From Octopus bimaculoides (lineage: Eukaryota): 64,000 bases of DNA. Under the pieces are notes generated by a model, which ran no database searches, was not told the origin of the DNA, and worked only from the letters and a program-made list of their open reading frames with translations. Numbering within the stretch: position 1 is the stretch's first letter; each line of letters begins with the position of its first letter. The translations under genes and the position numbers were made by a program. The stretch spans positions 64,182,922-64,246,921 of the forward strand of contig NC_068983.1 of the NCBI RefSeq assembly GCF_001194135.2. The letters are read 5' to 3'. This document shows, one piece after another, positions 1-12,906 of the stretch.

Positions 1-267
1 TCTATCTGTGTGTATTGGCATATCCCAGAGTATGGTTGCTTTCTCGTTTTCTGTGACCTTTTCTGGCGTGTGTTTATACCATCTTTTTTCTGTTGTTATT
101 CCATAGTGTTGGCATAGCTTCCAGTGTATATAGGTCCCAGCTCTGTCGTGTCTGTGAATATATTCCTTCTTAGCCAGGACTGGGCAGCCAGAGATAATAT
201 GATTTATTGTTTCTTGTCGATCTCCACATATTCTACAGTTACTTGTTATATTTCTTTTCATTATGTG
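1..267 (-). mobile_element. Dong/R4-clade non-LTR retrotransposon fragment (C-terminal CCHC knuckle and start of restriction-like endonuclease region); runs off the window edge
   Basis: Manual minus-strand translation gives 89 stop-free codons: HIMKRNITSNCRICGDRQETINHIISGCPVLAKKEYIHRHDRAGTYIHWKLCQHYGITTEKRWYKHTPEKVTENEKATILWDMPIHTDR. The CxxC..H..C knuckle, RHD and ILWD..I.TD motifs are typical of R4/Dong ORFs. Confidence 0.9.
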
Positions 268-318
<51 letters not shown>

Positions 319-350
319 GCTATTACTATTATTATTATTATTGTTGTTGT
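268..350. repeat. (ATT)n microsatellite
   Basis: Direct reading; abuts the 5'-truncated end of the Dong/R4 fragment. Confidence 0.95.
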
Positions 351-1289
351 CTCTATTATTATTAATATTATCCTCCTCTTTGGTTTGGTCTCTCTGTATC
401 TGCATCTCCCCTAAGAGAGGTTGTGACATTCTATCGCAGACAAGAATTATTACGCTAAATTTTTTATGACGTGTTCTGATTCCGAAATGATGCATGTATA
501 AATATACTTTGTAATATAGCCAGTGTTTGAGATGTATATATTTTAATGTCAAGTAATTTGTTGTAGGCATTAAGAGAACAAAGTAGTTTCTATCAAAGTA
601 AAATATCCAAACGTGCATTTGATGTATGTACGCTTGCATAATTTTGCAAAAACTTACTTTGAATTGCCTTGATATTTTACGATTTACTCTAATGCAACGA
701 CTCCAATAACCTATATTGTAAAAGGTTGACTATGAAAGTTTTATCTTCCTACGAACTCCACCACTTGTCAAAAAGAAATTTCTGATATGCCAAATCCTTC
801 AATAAATTAGCAATGTTTTGAAAAAAAAATATGATAAAACACATGCACTAAATTATACCAAAATAATTTGGAATAAGAATATAGACTGATTCGTTTATAG
901 ATCAGGAAAAGGTAATAACAGAAACTTATCGGAATGGATGATATTTGAACTTTAAATTGGATTCTGTTCTACGAGAAATAGTTCTTCACAGTGATGTTCG
1001 GTAGTATTATAAAAAGAAACTTTTGCTCTGTAGTTTTTCTTCTTTGGCTAAATAGTTTACATTTCATTATATCTAATATTGAATATAATAATTCTTTTCA
1101 GTAATAGTGTAACTTTAATAGATAAACCTCTGGCGTATTGCAATAAGTATGTTACAACCCATAATATTTAATGAAGTGCTGGAACTTGTGGACAGATATA
1201 GCTCTGGTCATTATGTCAATTTACAAGGCCATCTTATATCCATTCCTTTATTTCTTCGCGCAAGCACACATATATGGATATGTACACTT

Positions 1290-1386
1290 ACATGTGTGTG
1301 GATGTGTGTCTGTGTATGTGTGTGTGTGTGCATGTGTGTATATGTGTATGTGTGTGTGTGTGTGCGTGTGTGTGTGTGTGTGTGTT
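1290..1386. repeat. (TG)n-rich microsatellite
   Basis: Direct reading; explains the CV/HT-rich ORFs here. Confidence 0.9.
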
Positions 1387-1950
1387 CGTGTATAAATATA
1401 GTAATAAAGGTTAGAGTGTGGTTTAAGACTCGCTTTCGGCATTGTCTCTGTACTGCTATAGGTTCACACTCACTTCTATATTTAGTCATTAATTGATTAA
1501 TTAAGGATATAGATTAACCCCTGTCTACACTGTCCATAATTAGTCATTTAAATATGTATCACAAGAAGTAAAAATTTAATTAACGATGAGTTTATAATAT
1601 ATTTACAAATGTAAGGACACCATATATATATTTATTAAGGTCACGCGAGTTTTATAGTCAGGTGATTAACTAAGGTTTGTCCATCCTCAAAACATTTATC
1701 CCACATTGATCGGAAATTCCTGACTCTAAGTGTCTGATGCAGATAGTTAAAATCATTCTCTCATCTGCCACATACCCCAACAATTTATTGTACTTTTAAC
1801 CGAGCAAAATTTTAACTGTCAACTGTCATATGAGTTTTATCTAGTGAAAACCATCGTCGGTGTTTACTCGTATCCGAGTAGTGGATCTGTACCCAGCCAT
1901 TGAACCTCCTCATCTTGATGGATTCGAACGATGTAGTGGCCTGAGGTGGT

Positions 1951-1989
<39 letters not shown>

Positions 1990-2478
1990 TATAGAACTGA
2001 AAAGATAAAGTCAACAAGAAGGAGTATGGTTAGAGACCTATATAATAAACACCATACATGTTTCAATAGAACATAGATCCATATATTCACAAGATTTAAA
2101 TTAAGCAACAGCTTTGCTGTATAATGTGATTCCGTTGCATCACATCGGGTGATATACAATCGCCGTCCCCGTTAGTAACCCTTTGACTTCGAAGCTAACT
2201 GATCCGACTGGCTCGTTTGAATTTAGTAGATGCTGGCAGTTCCATTGCACTCGATGTCAACATGTCTCTGTACGCTCGACATGAGCAGCATTCGATACAC
2301 TGGTTCTCCACATTGTTTCACATGTTAGATTGCACGCGCTAAATTTTATTATTTCGCATATACACAATACATTCACACATACTCACATACATATACAATC
2401 CCCCACCATATACATATACACACATATACACACAACTACATCTCTGGGCATTCCTATATATGCACACACGTATATATA

Positions 2479-3202
2479 NNNNNNNNNNNNNNNNNNNNNN
2501 NNNNNNNNNNNNNNNNNNNNNNNNNNNNNNNNNNNNNNNNNNNNNNNNNNNNNNNNNNNNNNNNNNNNNNNNNNNNNNNNNNNNNNNNNNNNNNNNNNNN
2601 NNNNNNNNNNNNNNNNNNNNNNNNNNNNNNNNNNNNNNNNNNNNNNNNNNNNNNNNNNNNNNNNNNNNNNNNNNNNNNNNNNNNNNNNNNNNNNNNNNNN
2701 NNNNNNNNNNNNNNNNNNNNNNNNNNNNNNNNNNNNNNNNNNNNNNNNNNNNNNNNNNNNNNNNNNNNNNNNNNNNNNNNNNNNNNNNNNNNNNNNNNNN
2801 NNNNNNNNNNNNNNNNNNNNNNNNNNNNNNNNNNNNNNNNNNNNNNNNNNNNNNNNNNNNNNNNNNNNNNNNNNNNNNNNNNNNNNNNNNNNNNNNNNNN
2901 NNNNNNNNNNNNNNNNNNNNNNNNNNNNNNNNNNNNNNNNNNNNNNNNNNNNNNNNNNNNNNNNNNNNNNNNNNNNNNNNNNNNNNNNNNNNNNNNNNNN
3001 NNNNNNNNNNNNNNNNNNNNNNNNNNNNNNNNNNNNNNNNNNNNNNNNNNNNNNNNNNNNNNNNNNNNNNNNNNNNNNNNNNNNNNNNNNNNNNNNNNNN
3101 NNNNNNNNNNNNNNNNNNNNNNNNNNNNNNNNNNNNNNNNNNNNNNNNNNNNNNNNNNNNNNNNNNNNNNNNNNNNNNNNNNNNNNNNNNNNNNNNNNNN
3201 NN
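2479..3202. other. Assembly gap (N run); other gaps at 4439-4968, 31968-32098, 33185-33194, 37361-37548, 38121-38536, 39535-39595, 55574-56272, 56948-57216
   Basis: Runs of n, mostly flanked by (TA)n, (TG)n or (AG)n. X-rich ORFs across them are artefacts. Confidence 0.99.
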
Positions 3203-3600
3203 CTGTCTTATCTTCGAAACGTCAGGTTAGAATAGAGGCAGCTGATGAAAGAATATTCCAAGTGGCTTTCTGTTTTCCCATGTGTTCGTTCCGTTGTCTG
3301 TAGTTCATTGTTCTAACGTCCTGTATCCTGATATGCATATATATATACACACATGTAAATGTAAGTATGTACATATATGTGTGTATACATGTGTATATAT
3401 TCTTTGTATTATATATATATATATATACATCAAAATACACAGACGCATACGCACAGACAATCTACGTATACAGGTATATATTTGCAAGGCACAAATATAT
3501 ACACGAATACAAATTTATACACATATACATACACACGCATTTAAGTTTGCGCACGAATTTACGTACATATATATACATACATATCTACACACATGAACAC

Positions 3601-3635
<35 letters not shown>

Positions 3636-4390
3636 CCAGCAAACACATTCACGCCTATACATACATGCACATACATTTATCTACCCTTATGCATGTGCAT
3701 AGGTATATTCTTGGGCACTCCATCGTATATACACACAAACATACAGACGGAAAGGATGGGTGTGGCGTAATGGAATAATAAGAATTTTTTTTATACACTT
3801 TCCCATATTGAAGATGCATAATTGGCGATGTGGTGTCTCCAAGGACGTTTTTCGTCATGCTTGTTCACCAGGTTCTCATCACGCAGCTGTATACTCAATG
3901 CTTCCTCAAGGCAAAGGTCCCATTTGGCGGATAGCGAACCACATGTGTGTGCATTTCTTTTTTTACTATTGACCATTTTATTTGGTATTTAATTTTTGAC
4001 ACCTTCAGTTCCCATATGAGGTCTGCCAATGAAGCTGAGTGTCGTCTGTTTTTTTTTTTTTTTTTTTTTTTTCGGAATGACGTGATGTGGTTGCGATAAC
4101 AGACTTTGAAAATGTGTTCCCTGGCACCACCTATGTACACGTATTCATGTTCGAATGTAGAGATTGTGCATTTGTATACTATGTTATTTTGAACGCATTG
4201 ATTCATGAGCGGACAAACAGATTTTTTATGGCATGTCTAGTTATTTGTTGATTTATGTGTGTGTATATGTGTGTGTATAAGTGTGTTTTGGTGTGTGTAG
4301 GTGTGCATATGTGCATACATGTATGTATAATCTCCTTTGAGCACTTCAAAGTGCATTCTGTTCACGGGTGAACAAATTTTTCTCCCTTAA

Positions 4391-4424
<34 letters not shown>

Positions 4425-4980
4425 TATATATATATATANNNNNNNNNNNNNNNNNNNNNNNNNNNNNNNNNNNNNNNNNNNNNNNNNNNNNNNNNNNNNN
4501 NNNNNNNNNNNNNNNNNNNNNNNNNNNNNNNNNNNNNNNNNNNNNNNNNNNNNNNNNNNNNNNNNNNNNNNNNNNNNNNNNNNNNNNNNNNNNNNNNNNN
4601 NNNNNNNNNNNNNNNNNNNNNNNNNNNNNNNNNNNNNNNNNNNNNNNNNNNNNNNNNNNNNNNNNNNNNNNNNNNNNNNNNNNNNNNNNNNNNNNNNNNN
4701 NNNNNNNNNNNNNNNNNNNNNNNNNNNNNNNNNNNNNNNNNNNNNNNNNNNNNNNNNNNNNNNNNNNNNNNNNNNNNNNNNNNNNNNNNNNNNNNNNNNN
4801 NNNNNNNNNNNNNNNNNNNNNNNNNNNNNNNNNNNNNNNNNNNNNNNNNNNNNNNNNNNNNNNNNNNNNNNNNNNNNNNNNNNNNNNNNNNNNNNNNNNN
4901 NNNNNNNNNNNNNNNNNNNNNNNNNNNNNNNNNNNNNNNNNNNNNNNNNNNNNNNNNNNNNNNNNNNNATATATATAAGT

Positions 4981-5154
4981 TCAGACAGTGTCATGTGACA
5001 ACTTGCTGGGGCTACTTGCTGGAGCCTAGCAGCGGGAAGTTTAGACAGTGTCATGTGACAACTTGCTGGTGCTGCCTACTGGACCCTAGCAGCGGGAAAT
5101 TTAGACAGTGTCACGTGACAACTAGCTGGGGCTGCCTGCTGGAGCCTAGCAGCA
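4981..5154. repeat. Tandem repeat, about 3 x 60 bp
   Basis: Units start at 4981, 5041 and 5101: t(c/t)agacagtgtca(t/c)gtgacaact(t/a)gctgg...cctagcagc. Confidence 0.95.
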
Positions 5155-5242
5155 GATATGAAAAGGGGAACTTGACATGACGATCAGTCGGACGATGACA
5201 CTCGCTGACGCTGCATCGAAGAGGCCAGGGAATAGAAGAAAG

Positions 5243-5652
5243 AAGACATACACCCAACACCAGAGCTGAGACACCTCCGAAAGGAGGGGCCCCGCCACGT
5301 CAACACGGTAGAGGAGTAGGGGCCGAAACCGGACGTGGTTCCTCCTGATGATGTCTACAGCTAACTGGATCCTAATCCACCAAGGGAAGGTAAGTCAGAA
5401 GAAAGTAATTCAACAACGCGGGTTGATGAACCGTAAGACGTGTGGCCAGAACCTCCTGGAAAATAACCATAGCGAGGGACATTCCACAGTTGAATTAGAA
5501 CAGTCACAAACAGTGAAAAAAGATATGCACCCAAAACCAGAGCTGAAGACACCTCCGAAAGGGGTTGGCCCCGCCACGTCAAAACGGTAGAGGAGTAGGG
5601 GACGAAACCGGACGTGGTTCCTCCTGATGATGTCTTGAGCTAACTGGATCCT
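5243..5652. repeat. Direct repeat of about 135 bp, two copies (about 5243-5376 and 5520-5652)
   Basis: Shared gagctga..gacacctccgaaagg..ccccgccacgtcaa..cggtagaggagtagggg.cgaaaccggacgtggttcctcctgatgatgtct..agctaactggatccta. Confidence 0.9.
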
Positions 5653-8600
5653 ATAAAGGAGCTGTTGTGGTAGCAGACCACGAAACATGGTTGAAATTCC
5701 TCCTATATATGTAGTAATACTAACAATATCCCTTGGATGGAATTTATAAATATTCTAATGAATAGCTATTGTGTTTCCACAAATCACATTCTGTTAAGAT
5801 CACAGTCCGTATTCCTGGACATCGTGTAACATTAATAGCATTAATTGATGTTTAACTGAGGGTTGTTTACCTCTTTTGACCAATGCAAAAGTTGATTGAG
5901 GTATGTGGCTTTTCTATGTGTATTTGGTGGGGAGGAGTGGATGATGATAGAAAGAGAGGGAGAACTGATAGTTATATGGGAATGGAGGTGAGTGTGGTAA
6001 AGTTGGACTAATTTTGCTATTCTGTCTGTAGATGGTAATAATGGGTAGTACATTCCTTTGTTTGTTATCTTCAATGAGGTCTAAATCAAATAGGTCACCA
6101 GGTACAACCACTACAACCATCAGCTGTTGGAGTTCATTGTCTGAATCAATAAATTATACATTCTTAGGGTGACCTATTAATTATTTCTGGTGGTACAATG
6201 GTGTAGCGTATAGCATCCTAAATATTAGTTGGTTTGTTCATTTGCTCATCATACTATAGAACAAGGAAGGAAATACACACAGAAATACCCACAGACTTCA
6301 ATCAACCTTTTCACTGGTCCAAAGAGATAAACTAGTTAGTTCACAAGTAGCATGGTATTAATACCAAAGTTCATTGGCTTAATTCGTTCGATATTTAAAT
6401 GTGATTTAACTCACTTCTGACGTTGCGAGAATATTACCAGTAATATACTCGTTTCACTTCTTTCGACTATATATCTAATGTATACAGAATTTATTATATA
6501 CATGTAGTGTTTATATATCATTCCAATTATAAGTAGTTTTCAGTTTTATAATTATTGCAAATAATGATACCAATCGCAAACTGAGAACAAATCATATAAG
6601 TTAATATTTTTTACTATAAAACTGAAAAATGTTAATGTATAGAAAGGGCCATCTATTTCATATGAACCAGAAAACATAATTTTTACATTATTGCGAGACT
6701 CGGCATCTTCCTATCTTTCTACCTATAAATCCATAGAAAATCGCCAATGAAAGTCCCATGCAAAAAACATTAGATAATTAAAAACAAAGAAATTACAATA
6801 AAATTCCTTACACATAAAATACTACTGAATATCAGCAGAACATCTAATAGCTTTTTCATGCAATTTATCTTTTTCTCAAATTTTATTTTAAAATTCTATG
6901 AGGCAATGAAATGAATTTAATGGCCGCAATTTTGAAAATAAAACGATACTTTATCGATATGAGCTGATGTAGAAAGTATAAAATGTGATATATTCCGTAA
7001 CTAATGAATGCATTTCCTTTTGTTTCTGACGTTGGCTAAACTTTCTAGTGATAAAGCTGAAGCTGTATTAATGGCAACTCTGAAGATGATATTTGAGAAA
7101 TTGAGTGAGTTAGTACGATAGACATTTGAAGGCATAATATATTTCGTAATTAAAATACGAAAACTTATATAGAATTTATATATACTTATTTTTATACTAA
7201 ATGAAGACGTAGTAGTTATATTCAAATTCTCCTTCCGTATTTCAATGAAAATATACCACAATATGTATAGTAGAGTTCGGAGGTAAGATGTCTCATTCTG
7301 CTTCGATCGAATAGTAATGGCTTGTTAAGCTTCAAATGTTCGCGTGTAAATCAATTTATAAGTAGTTACCTTTATAAAGCCTTTATACATATAGTCAGTT
7401 GATAGAGTTTTGCTTTCTAATATGTTAAATACATGAACGTCTGATTAATTGTTTTATTGATGGTCGCCAGTTAATCAGTGAGTAGTCATTGGTTCTCGAG
7501 GAATCTAAACATAATTGTGAGACCAGAGAGAAATGACAGTCAAGACTTTCTCATTCCCAGTTTGCAAGCCTGAAAGAGATTGGCATATTGAATAAGGCAA
7601 AGTTAGCTATACTGCTTCTGAAAACAGGATTGGGGATCAATATCTGAACATTGATAAATCAGAGCTGGCAGAAGGAACAACAAAAAACAACTGTTCAAAG
7701 CTTTCATCTGCAGAGACAAAATGGCTTGCATGAATGACAGCTATTGTGGATATTAATGTTGGAATGAAGTAAGTTGAGAATGATGTGGTCAGGTTTAGTA
7801 AAGAAGCGAAGAAAGATGAACTGGCATTGGTATGTTAAAGATTTGATTTGGAAAAAATTGCAAGTCTATTTTCATTAAGATCCGTACTTGAAATGTCATT
7901 TCGAATTCATGGAAAAGATGCCTTAATGCCTCGACGTCTTGGTAGGTTGCAAATGATGAGGCAATTTCGTGACTGTCGACAATACACATGCGGTAGTGAG
8001 GATGGAAGCATAGGATGGATAGAAAGTAGAGTAGATTCATTATTGGGTTGGAAGCAAAGTAAGTGGGAAATAGTTCAATGAATATAATGGTTATTTAATG
8101 AAAGCTGGAGATCCTCCTAGAAAGTTGTCAGAATGTATTCTAAGTGAGAGAGTGCAGGCGTCTGAGGTATAAAGTACCTAAATTATTTCTTCTGTTGTAT
8201 TTAAACAGGTGTTGTAGTGCATTAACAACTTTCCAATTGTGTTAAATATAGCCTCTATTGACAATTCCAAGTTGTGCTCGTTTTCTGTACTGCTACAAAT
8301 AAATTACGGGTTCTCTACATGGACGATTTGAGTTTATGAACTTTGGTTGCCTGAGGAATTTGCAGATCACTGCTTCGGGAAATAATTTTTATTAGACACA
8401 GGTGAGTCAGTGCTGAAACGTAATCGTTGCTAATAGCACTAGTCAAACCGGTGATAGAACTGTAAACATTAATCTGAATTCAAGTAATACAGGTTTGATA
8501 GGATTAGACTAATTTAAGTTGCTTACTTTCTCATAAACAGTGATAACATATTCAATGGACGCACAGATCCTAAGGCGTGTCCGTATTGTGTGTGGGTTAG

Positions 8601-9242
8601 TGAAATAGTAAGCAAAAGAGAATAAGTGAGAGTGTATCCGACAGGGTTATGGGTAAATACGAATAGTATCTTGTGCAGCGTACGAAGAGTGGCAAAGTAT
8701 TCGGCTGTTACGTCAACATTATATGAGTATTGTGTACACGTAATTCTACCACAGCGATGACTTCAGAGTGAGGTGAGATCATGCAAGTGACGTCGATGCC
8801 ACTATTGAAAGGGAAATAGCTGTGCAGTTTGGTGGACACTGGGAGTTGTACATGTGGAGAATATGAGTTTTGTGAACCAAAGAAGAATAGAATGTATATT
8901 AGCAGTTGCTAACACTTGCTATTGCAGGGAATAACATTTAAGACCGATACAGATAATTGCTTGCATGCAGCATGAGGTGTGGTGTACACAGATATTGGTG
9001 TATTAGCAAATATGGTTTGTATTTCCAGCAGACCGATCTACCGGGTAGAAACTCCTTCAAACAACATACAAGAATTATCAGTCAAAATAATATGATAGGT
9101 AATACGTTTTGTGTAATATCTATCCCATGATTTATACGATTGTTCGTGTCTTACCCTATCTTGTACAATATAAACTCCCAAGTCTTAAGATCTATTAAAC
9201 TGTCTCTTTGTGGCAGCAGTTAATCCGAAATTAATGGCCTTT

Positions 9243-9418
9243 GACAGGATCGCTAAAGTGCCGGGCCAAATTCTAAGCAGTATTTTTTCCAGTTTTACAT
9301 TCTGGGTTCAAATTCCAACGAGGATGAACTTTGCCTTTAATTCTTCCGCTACCAATTGGGCACTGGTGCTAAAGTAATCGACCTCTCACGCTGAAAATTG
9401 CCGGAATTGTGCCTTTGT
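9243..9418 (+). mobile_element. Diverged tRNA-derived SINE (family A)
   Basis: ttctgggttcaaattcc..actttgccttt..gtaatcgac..aaaattgccgg..ttgtgcc matches the copy at 23464. Confidence 0.6.
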
Positions 9419-12400
9419 CGGCGTAATCAATAGAAACCATATTTCAGAATATACGGTCTTAAGCCAACGTCAGAAGTTTCTAAAATTAGTGGATGAAAAA
9501 GCAAACAGTGTAAGTCCAAAGAATTCATTTATATCTGTTTTTCTCTTAAGCTCAGATCCGACCAGAGTTTCCGCTACCGTTTAACTGCTTTTATTTGTAA
9601 AGGAAAAAAGTAGTAATGTTCTCAGAGCCATTCCATTGACAGCACGTTTCTATAGAACAGTGAAAAGCTTAGATTTCTGTGTGTCATTATGTTGCATAAT
9701 CGCAGAGTAGAAACATTTGTTACTGTGGCAGGTTAATTACAATTTGAAAATAAGTATATCTGTACATAATGTAGGTAGCCATGTGTGCAAATACCAGAGG
9801 GTCATTAAAAGTTGCAATATAGAAGCGTTTATCATGGAAACAGCTCTCTCTGTGGGAAAATATATTAGTTGTATAATAATGCTGAATCTTAATCAAACAT
9901 TCCAAATAAAATAATACTGTAGCAAACATACATAGAATTATTTTTAACAAAAAAGTTTTGCAAATCTTCTACAAACGGAAGACATTCGTGTCGCACTTTA
10001 AAATAAAGTTAACGAATATGTTACAATATTGATTAAATAAGACTCTTTAAAAACTAACAGTTATCTTGCACTATCAGACGTTTATGAAAACGATGTCTCT
10101 CTTGACACAAGTATCATTTGGGATCTAAAGGTTAAAAATGTGAGCTATGATTCAAGTTATATCACCTCTTTGACTCCAGTGTAGATATGATCTCAGTAAA
10201 ATATTAAAACTGTTCAAAGACATCGAGAAATATGTTATATGCTGCATTACCTATGTAAAATAAAAATATGTACAAATATATTTTGCATACAAGATATATC
10301 TGTCGTATTATTAAATTAATGACAGAAATATAATTATAGTTTCTGTTACTGTTCTATAATCATATTTTTCAAATTATCTACAATAGAATAGATCGCTAAT
10401 AACATTTACATTCAACTTAAGCACAATCAGTTGGCAATCTGTACATTTAACAATTTTCTTTCTTTTTCTAACTTTGTCCTAACGTTAAACTTTATTTAGA
10501 TCAGAGATCTTGTGTTCACTTAGTACGAAACCTCGTGCATACTAGAATTACGTGACATATGCCATCTACATAATCTGCTACTTATCTGCGTTGGGAAAGA
10601 CGTTTAGTGCACAGGTCAACAAAATCGATAATCTCACATAATCTAAGCGGTATTTAGAGGCAATCTAAACATAAGTTCACAAGAAGGCATGCTTTTCTGC
10701 ATATATTTGTTTTTAATGAAAATAAAATCAAATTAACCCTTTGGCATTTTATTCTATCTTTGTGACCTCTAATGCTACACAACATCAAGAGAAATTTGGA
10801 ACATACGAAGTATGGAAATTAAATGGTTGTGCGCTAATGTAACGGATATGATTGTAAGATATCAGAAAGCAGTTCAGAAAGTTTAAGGTGTGAGATGAAT
10901 TGCTGTAGATAAATTGTGAGATTGATAGATGGAGATATAAATGGAGGTAAATTGGAGTGATAAGAAATGGGTGTAAAATGAGTAAGGGTGATTGAAAGAG
11001 ATATTCACATGTACACCAAGATCAAATTAGAAAGTGGAGCAATTTGCCAAAGTAAAGTGTAAAAACGTATTAATTGCATTTGTTTCGAAAGCTTTTTGCT
11101 ATTTTTAACTATTCGCATTATCTGTTGAAAATAAGATCATTTATTACTGTTTCACTTGTATACAGCATCGGGCTATACCACTGTCGTTATGTATAATTAA
11201 ATTATTACTTGCTAACGTCTATATATCTTGATCAGGCTCGATCACAAATAAGTGCCAACTTGTGTGCTAAACAATATAATATAAAGTTTCATTATATATA
11301 ACATTACATCATCTGTTTCAACACCTCCACATGACCCATGGATGACTTTAGCGGACACTGACCTGCTAGAAGAATTAATGCCAGGTCTCTGGATAGTGTG
11401 ACTTTGTGACGCCCTACCAAATATACCACCGAACCCAAGATTTCTCTTTTCATTCCCCCACCAAAATATGCAAAAAACTGAAATAAACACACCCGTCAAG
11501 TTTCTTCTTGTTCTTTACTCTACACAGGTTTCGTTCTGACGTAGATCTCATTTATTACCTCTCACAAACGAAATATTTTATTCTCTCAGAGTGAAAAATT
11601 TGTCAACCCCTTTCTATAATCCTTTTCTTCTTTCCTGAATACACATTTTATTCAAAGTTCAAGCCGAAAATGTACGTTTGTACATAAGTGGATGTTATCC
11701 ACCACTCAAATCGGTATCAGAAACAAGGAATATTATTTCTTCACGCTTAAAATCACCGTAGATACATCTGGATGTGAGTCTGCTCTTCCTAGACATTTTC
11801 AACAACTACCCATCAACAATATCTTATTTGACACATAAACATATCATAACCATTCACACTACCGGTCCTGGTATCAAAAGTTCTTGCAATCCTCAACTCT
11901 ATTAACCAAACGTATTCGACTCGTAAATACATCTCTGTTTGATATACTTCAAATGTCTTTAGTCATTTCGTCATCTTTTGACGTAGACTCTACGAGACCC
12001 ATTGAGTACATCTATGCAAAATACATACACATATTATGTAATTTCTCACGTCACCAGAGAACATATCTAGAAAGACCACACTCAGGAGTAAGTAAGTGCA
12101 GGTCATTTCTGTCTCCTATATATTTCAAGTGGTTTATTGAGAGGTACATTATGGCTTTTAAATCAAACTCAACCCCGAATGAAACTCATCTGTCTACTTC
12201 AAGCAAAGAAAAAATAAAAATAAAATAAAAATAAAAATAAAACTATATGTTAATGTAAATAAACATTATATTGCCTATCTTCTATTCTCCAGACATGATC
12301 GATTGTGTTTCTAGCAGGATGATCTTAAAGAATATATGGTCACGATTTTTACATCACGATATCTATCAACTAAAAAATTCTTAAACGGCGTTTTGTAGTC

Positions 12401-12860
12401 AGCCGATGAAGAGGGCTGCTAAAAAAACAAGATCGAAGACGCAGAAATTATAATATAATTTATGTATTTATTATTTTTTTCAGCATTAATTTGATTAGAT
12501 TTTTAAGCTGTACTTATATTAAGTTATGTTATTGCTCTAAACTTGATTCGGTTTACAATTTTATTGTACAGTCTACTAAACGTTTATGCACAAGAAAAAT
12601 ACATTCTTTATAATTACAAGACATTAATTCTTTTAATTACTATAGACTTCATTTCTATAAATCAATTTGAATTTCCCTTTTTATATTTACTTCACTGATT
12701 CGACCAATTTTCGTAAATTGTGTCTTAATTTGACGTATTTCTGTCGGTGATATTTCGGCAGTTATCATATGTCACCAGTTACAATTGTTTATATCAATAC
12801 CAAAATTATCATAAATACAAAATTATATTCCTCTCCTACATACACTGGAAGACATTTGTG

Positions 12861-12906
<46 letters not shown>

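Noticed and set aside
4981-5154. CRISPR-like appearance of palindromic 60-bp repeats (also the 17-bp array at 24111)
   Set aside because: No unique spacers, no cas genes, eukaryotic context.
5320-5355. GAAA...GTT...CTGATGA in both 135-bp modules, resembling a type II hammerhead
   Set aside because: Only 4 nt (cctc) lie between the cleavage triplet and the core, so stem I cannot form; stem II is out of register.
7075-7115. CTGAAGA..GAAA hammerhead-like core (similar partial hits at about 8351, 15377, 22770-22815 and 56300-56350)
   Set aside because: Missing stems, G at the cleavage position, or mutated core bases.
7500-9050. Possible decayed LINE or Penelope ORF on the minus strand
   Set aside because: Composition is suggestive, but I found no diagnostic motif.
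12395-12425. SADEEGC* resembling the end of an LDL-receptor class A module
   Set aside because: Seven residues only, followed by a stop, with no upstream cysteine pattern.
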